Shown in pieces: positions 57,699 through 64,000 of a DNA stretch of 64,000 bases. Within the stretch, counting starts at the first letter, position 1. Every line of letters starts with the position of its first letter. Location: positions 128,001 to 192,000 of the forward strand of contig CAVTET010000006.1 in the NCBI GenBank assembly GCA_963733675.1, given 5' to 3'. The DNA comes from an uncultured Methanosarcinaceae archaeon (GTDB taxonomy: Archaea; Halobacteriota; Methanosarcinia; Methanosarcinales; Methanosarcinaceae). The notes beneath the pieces are model-generated. The model saw nothing but the letters and a program-made list of their open reading frames with translations. It searched no databases and was not told the origin of the DNA. The position numbers and the translations under genes were made by a program.

Positions 57699-58343
57699 TT
57701 AAGAACAGAGATAATGAATTTGAGATCTTTTCATAATGACCACAGCCGCATATTCCATTATGATGTACTTGGTATTGAAAGCTCTGGCAGAAACTGCTCT
57801 CTCAAAGATATGTGCATCATTTGCGCTTTCTCCGACAACTACACCTCGCTCTGGCCGAACCCTGCTAAATAGGATTAGTCCCTCAAATACCCCTCTAGGG
57901 TTGCTTTGTGTGACGGAGCCAACAACTTTGCTTTTTAGGCAGCCATCTTCAACAAGCAATTCATTGGTAACAACTAAATTATTATTAAGTGCCTTACCTG
58001 CTTCCGTGGTAGAAATTGTAAATCCATCGAAAATCATTGTATCTTTATAACCTCTACTTTTAAAGTGAAGGATAAGTTCTGCTACTACCGGCATAATATG
58101 AATCTTGTGTACCGCATAAGGGGTTTTTTCAAGGGAAAGTTCAATGATAATTTTGACCCATTCGGCAAGAGCTTGCTCAAAATCAAGGTTTTTACCTATC
58201 TCTCTCTTCGTAATCTCCTCTACTTTGCCTATAATACCTGCAGCCCTGGTGAACTCATCTATGGTCTCAGCATCTATAAGGTTACTATCCATATCAAAAG
58301 CAATCATTTTGTAGTCATTTGAATCATATATTGGACAGTTCAC
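57699..58343 (-). pseudogene. serB: Phosphoserine phosphatase SerB, catalytic motifs degraded
   Basis: FDMDSNLID.ETIDE (DxDST changed to DxDSN), SGGF changed to FDGF, GDGAND changed to GESAND, divergent C-terminus. Confidence 0.7.
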
Positions 58344-59210
58344 TCAATCAAAACCTGGACTGTAATAGTTATTGATAGAACGGAATATTCTTCCTAAAAA
58401 GGGTATGCTTCTAGGCGTTCCTGTCTCCGTGGTATGACAGTAACCCTGTATAACATACTTGCCCTGACATTAGAAGCTCACCAAAGGATCATGTTTCCAA
58501 ATATAATAAGGGTTCTACAAAAAGAAACCACAAAACATAGCATCGATGTCAACGTTTTTGATTGAAATAAATCACATTCCTTTTAAGCTTTTCGGAAGGT
58601 CAATCAAACATACAGAATAAAAACTACATATGAAATATCAATTTATTTGATCTGCATATCTGTGGATTAATATTGCCAAAAGGGATATACTCTTTTTGGA
58701 AGTTCCATTATTAAAGAAAGAAATCAACGCATGATTTTTGGAAAAGTGGTTCACATAAACTTTATAACCATGGATAACCTTGGCCGATTCAGATTATCAG
58801 TCTGATCCAAGATGAAATTGTAGCACGAGAAAGAATAACTGTATGAGTATTTGGAATTGGTTCCAATACGAGTCTATCCGAAGCCTTGGACACTGGAAGT
58901 TTCAAGAAGTGAAGAGCAGACTTTTGGTAATTATCAACCCTAGCGCAAAAGCTTTAGTTCACTGGAGTCCTTGTTTTATCAAAAAATGTGCTATACATTG
59001 TGATTTTAGACGGACCAAAAAAGAAAGAAGCCAGAGAGGCTTTGGAGCAGGAAGGCTTTAGATATATTATTCTCCCTACAGATTCGCTCATCAGGGCAAA
59101 AAGATATCCTTTTGATTCAGTGTAAATGGCAACCTTCAATTTCGATGCAATGAAAATATTCTCTGTTTGTAGTTTATTAAAGGGGTATGATATCGAAACT
59201 TTGATTAATT

Positions 59211-59594
59211 CTACTTCTTCGCATCCTCGACTTCTTCTAACACATGAATGTATTCCTGAAAAACGGAGGGTATATCAATTGTAGCTAGCAGGTCTACAAT
59301 CCCCAGAGCTCCAATAATTTTCCCTTCCTTTGAGCGAATAGGAGCAACAACCACATTTTTCCCTTTGTATGTACCTGCAATGGGGACCTCATGAACAATT
59401 TTGTTGGTCTTCAATACTTTTTCTAGAACAGGTCCTGTGTAGTCTCTATCAAGAATTTTCCCTTTTTCAAGGCGAAGCCCTTTTTGTTTAAGGCTACGCA
59501 TGGTTGTAGGAAGTCCGACTAGAGAGTGTACTGCTAATGCTATTGATTCAAGGTCTTCAGGTCCTGAGTTCTCTGATATACATAGGGAACTAAT
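59211..59594 (-). CDS. DUF2111 family protein
   Basis: 'A.AVH.LVGLP.T.RS....G.R.E.G...D..YTGPVLE.V...G.Y.G..V.V.PI....GA.G.VD'. Start uncertain (GAGGTGG precedes ATT at 59594). Confidence 0.75.
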   Translation of the reverse strand: MSSLCISENSGPEDLESIALAVHSLVGLPTTMRSLKQKGLRLEKGKILDRDYTGPVLEKVLKTNKIVHEVPIAGTYKGKNVVVAPIRSKEGKIIGALGIVDLLATIDIPSVFQEYIHVLEEVEDAKK

Positions 59595-59714
59595 GTTTCC
59601 ACCTCTGTAAATACTGAAGATCAGCGTTATCAAGAATTCACAGATTTTCAGAAATGAACAACTTGATCTCACCTTCAGCTATATTTAGAATATGTTTTTT
59701 CAAAGAATATATAT

Positions 59715-60377
59715 TCACTCCTTATTTTCAAGAGCTTTTATAAAAGCTTGTTTATGAAGCTCTCCTGATTCATGGATCCCTCCAAAATCGCCACGTGCCG
59801 CTCTACAAGGATAATGCTGAATCAGCAGACCGGCTTTAGGGGGAGCGTCTTTTAGAGGAACTCCAATGATTTCTTTTGCCATATACCAAGTACTTCCGCA
59901 GGGCGCGCCTTTTAGAACCTTAACATCTACAATTTTCTCGTTCTTTGTCTTAACTTCCAGACTAGGTGATCCAAATATATCCGTGAAAGGCCTGTTGAAG
60001 TCATTGGGCTCAAGTGTACAGCAAATCTCATGTACCTCGATATCCATTCCAGACGCTTCAGAAATCTGGTTGAGTTCAGGAATTGAAGCTCTGGATGGTC
60101 CACCTGGAACAATTAGGGAACGCACACCTGCACTTGAAGCAAGTTTTGCAATTGCAGATGTCAGGTCCGGATGCAGAGAATATGTAATTACTATTTCAGC
60201 AGAAAAAACTCGCTTGTCGAAATTAAGAGTTTCTAGATATTGATCTGGATCTTCAATGAATAAGGGTACTAACTCAGGCAAGTCAGAAGTGACGACTGAA
60301 AAATCACTGTGTTCCTTAACAGTATCAATCAAACGATGGCCATATTTGCCTCTCGTGATAACTCCTATTAATGTCAT
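59715..60377 (-). CDS. DUF166 family protein
   Basis: 'G.YG.R', 'LHPDL', 'IC.C.L', 'FG.P', 'APCGSTW', 'YPCRA' motifs. Confidence 0.85.
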   Translation of the reverse strand: MTLIGVITRGKYGHRLIDTVKEHSDFSVVTSDLPELVPLFIEDPDQYLETLNFDKRVFSAEIVITYSLHPDLTSAIAKLASSAGVRSLIVPGGPSRASIPELNQISEASGMDIEVHEICCTLEPNDFNRPFTDIFGSPSLEVKTKNEKIVDVKVLKGAPCGSTWYMAKEIIGVPLKDAPPKAGLLIQHYPCRAARGDFGGIHESGELHKQAFIKALENKE

Positions 60378-60531
60378 TATTCTAAGCTATTTTTTAATAT
60401 TGCATAAATATGTGCTTATTTTGTTTGCGACTGTTGGCCTGAATCTCCAGCTATATGGCAACTCTCTATAGAGTATAAATACACATAGTGCGTTTAGTAA
60501 AAACTGTTAAAGAAAAAAAAAGACGGTTCTT

Positions 60532-61149
60532 ATGAGAGGCAAACTGATTACACTCGAAGGTATAGACGGTTCAGGTAAAAGTATGGTTGCAAATAAACTT
60601 CAGGAAAATCTTGAAATTAGCGCATTTGATCCTGTATTTACCAGGGAGCCAACAAGAGGTACACTTACTGGGACTGCTGTGGAGAAAGCCATTAAGTTGG
60701 ATACAGACCAACTTGCTGAGCTCTTTCTTTTTACAGCTGACCATGCTGAACATCTGGCAAAGATTGTTAAACCTGCACTTGGATGTGGAAAATCAGTTAT
60801 TTCTGATCGCTATTCCGACAGCTGCTATGCTTATCAGGGTGTAACCTTACAAAATCATTTGAAGAATTCGTTAGAATGGATAAAAAATCTCCATAGAGAT
60901 TGGACCATTGTCCCTGACCTGACTTTTCTATTTGATATCAGCCCCGAAATATCAGTTGAACGCTGTTTGATGCGAGGAAATCAAAGCAAGTTCGAAAAAC
61001 TAGAGTTTTTGAGAAAAGTCCGAGAGCTTTTCCTCAGTCTCGCATGCGAAGACCCTGAGCGCTTCATCATAATCGATGCTTCTTGTTTTCCTGAACGCGT
61101 AGAAACGGAAGTCACAGAGAAAGTTCTGGAGTTTCTGCATAGAAAGTGA
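60532..61149 (+). CDS. tmk: Thymidylate (dTMP) kinase
   Basis: LEGIDGSGKS, TREP, SDRY..S..AYQ, PDLT, FE...FL..VR motifs. Confidence 0.95.
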   Translation: MRGKLITLEGIDGSGKSMVANKLQENLEISAFDPVFTREPTRGTLTGTAVEKAIKLDTDQLAELFLFTADHAEHLAKIVKPALGCGKSVISDRYSDSCYAYQGVTLQNHLKNSLEWIKNLHRDWTIVPDLTFLFDISPEISVERCLMRGNQSKFEKLEFLRKVRELFLSLACEDPERFIIIDASCFPERVETEVTEKVLEFLHRK

Positions 61150-61209
61150 ATCAGAAATATGGCTCAAATAGGAAAATTAAGCCGAAAAAGAAAAAAGATA
61201 GATCTCCTG

Positions 61210-61470
61210 TTAAAGTCCATTATTGTCTGCAAATTTAATCAGGGCTTCCCCAAGCAGCCTGACATGTGTGGGATTGAGATTGAACCTGGCCTTCTTTACA
61301 CCACCACGTTCTTTCGCAAGCTCCACATATTCCTTTTCAAAACGGTCGCTGTGTGTAAGGGATAAAGTCATGTACCAGCCCCCTCCCATCTTGATCTCCG
61401 TATATCTATCCCCACTCTCCTCCTCAGCTTTTTCCTCAACATTCTCTTCAGATATGCTTTCATCTACCAT
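61210..61470 (-). CDS. Conserved hypothetical protein (86 aa)
   Basis: GAGG upstream. Acidic N-terminus then 'YTEIKMGGGWYMT.SL...EKEYVE.AKER'. Plausible composition. Confidence 0.7.
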   Translation of the reverse strand: MVDESISEENVEEKAEEESGDRYTEIKMGGGWYMTLSLTHSDRFEKEYVELAKERGGVKKARFNLNPTHVRLLGEALIKFADNNGL

Positions 61471-61694
61471 ATTGTAAACCTCTTTAAATTTTAAAGAATT
61501 TTTATAAATCTCTAATTTTCAAGAATCACTTATAAACAATTTATAATCATATGACTAAATTTAGGAGTTTATCATTTTTTTATTAAAAATGAACCTTTTG
61601 CTTGAAATAAAGATACTCAATATATTTAATACCAGACATATAAAGACAGAAGAAAAAAACCTTTTTTGATATGGATGAATTGTTATTAGTTATC

Positions 61695-62414
61695 CTATCT
61701 AATCCCTGAATTCAACACTTCCGAAAGAATCTGACCGGAATGAACCGCAGTTGCAACTAGGGCGCCTTTTATCCCAAGATTTTCAAGGGTTAAGAGATCT
61801 TCCATGTTCCGTACCCCTCCTGCAAGTAGCACAATATGTCTTGAGTGTTCAACTAGTCTGTAAAGGAGAACGGGATCAAAGCCTGAGGTAGTTCCAACCC
61901 TGTCAAGGTCAAGAAAAATTAGATCCTTTAGGGGGAAATAATTCAGTATCTTAACGATTCCAAAAAGATCGTCTGGAATCTCTTGATCCTTTTTCAGAAC
62001 TTTTCCATGCTTCATATCAATGCTTACACTGATCCTTCCAGGATTTCCGAAAGATGCATCCTTGATTGCTGAAAGAATGCCAGTCTCTGTGCCTATTACT
62101 GCAGTGCTTGCAATAGACAGGGCTTTATCTACTTCTTCCTGAGACGAGATGCCGAAATCAAGCATTGTGTTTGTCCTTAGACTCACTTCCCGGATAATCT
62201 CAACATTCATTTCGATAGGGCCTTTTTGCTGCAGTACATTAAGATCAGCGATATAGACTTCTTGGGGTCTCAATAACTCAACTATGTTTAGAGGATCAGC
62301 GTTGCTACAGATAATACTCGAATCAGAAGCCGGAGAGTAATTTTCTCTGAGACCTCCTTTTGCAAGAACCACTCCACGATTAAATATATCCATTACAAGA
62401 ATTACTCTGAACAT
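61695..62414 (-). CDS. HisA/HisF-related TIM-barrel protein
   Basis: 'I.VMD...G.VV.A.GG.R..Y.P', 'YIADL', 'LDLDRVGT..G', 'GGVR..EDL', 'LVATA.H.G'. Confidence 0.88.
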   Translation of the reverse strand: MFRVILVMDIFNRGVVLAKGGLRENYSPASDSSIICSNADPLNIVELLRPQEVYIADLNVLQQKGPIEMNVEIIREVSLRTNTMLDFGISSQEEVDKALSIASTAVIGTETGILSAIKDASFGNPGRISVSIDMKHGKVLKKDQEIPDDLFGIVKILNYFPLKDLIFLDLDRVGTTSGFDPVLLYRLVEHSRHIVLLAGGVRNMEDLLTLENLGIKGALVATAVHSGQILSEVLNSGIR

Positions 62415-62998
62415 ATTTATCCCATAGATACATCATCTTATAAAAAATATCAAATAGGATCTATGCACTTGAGGTATAAAATGAAACATAAAATATATTT
62501 TTAATAAGTATCATGATTCTGATTGCTTGAAATCTTTTACTGCTTTTTTCAGTTTCGCTGCTTAAGTACTACAACTAATCAGTTAATTTCCATATAAGGC
62601 TTAAAAATATGATTTTGATCACGGATACAAAATTGACCTTGGGATAATTCCACTACCCAAATAGATTTGGGGATCCGAATTGTCAAAGATAGCAATCAAT
62701 TCTTGTGGTTTATATATTTCAAAACTTTTCCCGTTGCTCTTTCTTCAGTATATCAAATAAAACAAAAGCAAAGTTTCAATAGATATAATTATTTAATTTT
62801 TAGTTTTCTATAATGTTTATGTACCTATCATTATTAAGTCATAATGTGTAGAATAACTAAGTTAGGTGTTTTAGGAGATGATTAGTTTCCTTATTTGGCT
62901 TACACTAATGCATCAGTTTGCTGAATGAGTTAAGTTGAAGATTATTGGAAAAAGAAATGAAGAAAATGGAGAAGAACATGAAATGGAGAATAAAAACT

Positions 62999-64000
62999 TC
63001 ACTCTTCCTTCTCCTTTTCACCTAAGACTTCCTTTACGATTTTTAAAGCACATAGGTCCCCGCACATAGAGCAGGCATCACTTTCCGTCTTCCTGGAATC
63101 TCGGATTTTACGGGCTCTAGAGCCATCTATTGCTAGTTCAAACTGCTTTTCCCAGTCCAGACCCCTACGGGCGTAGGCCATGGCTGTATCCTTTTTCCAA
63201 GCTCTCTCACTCTGGCCTTCTCTTATAAGATCTATTGCGTGGGCTGCAACCTTTGTTACGAGCAGGCCTTCTTTGATATCTTCAAGAGTTGGAAGGGCCA
63301 GGTGTTCAGATGGGGTCACCATACAGAGAAAATCCATTCCGTACATACCAGCAATTGCTCCTCCTATTGCCCCGGTGATGTGGTCAAATCCAGGGGCGAT
63401 ATCAGTTACAATTGGACCAAGAAGGTATAGTGGAGCGTAATTGCTAAGTTCTTTCATACCTTTCACGCTGAGTTCTATTTCGTTCATGGGAACGTGTCCT
63501 GGGCCTTCAACAAAAGTTTGGACATTGAAAGCTCTTGCTCTTTTTACGAGCTCTCCAAGTGTAATGAATTCCATAAACTTCGGGCGGTCGGAAGCATCGG
63601 CAATGCAGCCCGGGCGCATGCCATCGCCAAGACTCAGGGTCATATCATATTCTTTCGCGATCTCAAGGAGATAATCATATTCGGCATAAAAGGGATTGTC
63701 TTCCTCATTATGTAGCATCCAAGCAAGGGTAAAAGAGCCTCCACGACTGACTACATTCATTATCCTGTCACTCTGGCGCAGGCGCTCAAGGGAGTTTAAG
63801 TTGACTCCGGCGTGTACGGTTACAAAGTCCACTCCTTGTTGAGCATGTTTCCTGACAGCATTGAACATATCGTCAGATGTCATTTCCACAACTATCTTCC
63901 TGGAAGCTGCAGCCTGGTAGATTGGAACCGTTCCTACTGGAATTTTCACGGCTTTGAGGATAAGGTTTCGGATTTCGTCAAGATCCCCGCCTGTGGAAAG
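62999..64000 (-). CDS. thiC: Phosphomethylpyrimidine synthase ThiC (or a BzaAB-type paralog), 5' end outside the window
   Basis: 'STGGD', 'GTVPIYQA', 'GVDF.TVH.G', 'SRGGS', 'SLGDG.RPG', 'EGPGHVP', 'VTP.EHL', CxxCxxxC. Confidence 0.92.
   Translation of the reverse strand, partial: LSTGGDLDEIRNLILKAVKIPVGTVPIYQAAASRKIVVEMTSDDMFNAVRKHAQQGVDFVTVHAGVNLNSLERLRQSDRIMNVVSRGGSFTLAWMLHNEEDNPFYAEYDYLLEIAKEYDMTLSLGDGMRPGCIADASDRPKFMEFITLGELVKRARAFNVQTFVEGPGHVPMNEIELSVKGMKELSNYAPLYLLGPIVTDIAPGFDHITGAIGGAIAGMYGMDFLCMVTPSEHLALPTLEDIKEGLLVTKVAAHAIDLIREGQSERAWKKDTAMAYARRGLDWEKQFELAIDGSRARKIRDSRKTESDACSMCGDLCALKIVKEVLGEKEKEE

Noticed and set aside
58380-59160. Probable decayed gene upstream of serB
   Set aside because: Looks coding-like, but no family could be assigned by eye.

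Overview
AT-rich 64-kb chromosomal segment from a methanogenic archaeon, almost certainly Methanosarcina or a close relative. This is inferred from the rps19e-PDCD5-rpl39e-rpl31e-eIF6-rplX-pfdA-ftsY cluster, coenzyme F390 synthetase, DUF2111/DUF166 and Methanosarcina-type surface proteins and IS elements. Core genes (ribosomal cluster, ftsY, surE, DRG GTPase, ilvE, signal peptidase, tmk, thiC) are intact. Accessory genes are heavily pseudogenised (surface protein, Kp43-type subtilase, MNT antitoxin, kaiC, serB, PNPOx, kinase, CHAT and PspC relics) and interspersed with IS6, IS5, IS200 and IS110 remnants and MITEs. The most notable signal is a decayed cyanobactin-like RiPP locus at about 18.3-20.7 kb. 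A PatA-type subtilase with PatG_D/PatG_C-type C-terminal domains is followed by a precursor-like ORF missing from the ORF track (leader MRLPKQAKPVLR...GGVGQS, Cys-rich core, one in-frame TGA) and a truncated second copy, next to an integrase fragment. Other unusual items are a secreted (GAVPAV)14 elastin-like protein, a gene bracketed by inverted IS6-type MITEs, three decayed tRNA-Leu-like relics and amber-codon patterns compatible with pyrrolysine read-through. Family assignments come from recognising motifs by eye, not from database searches.
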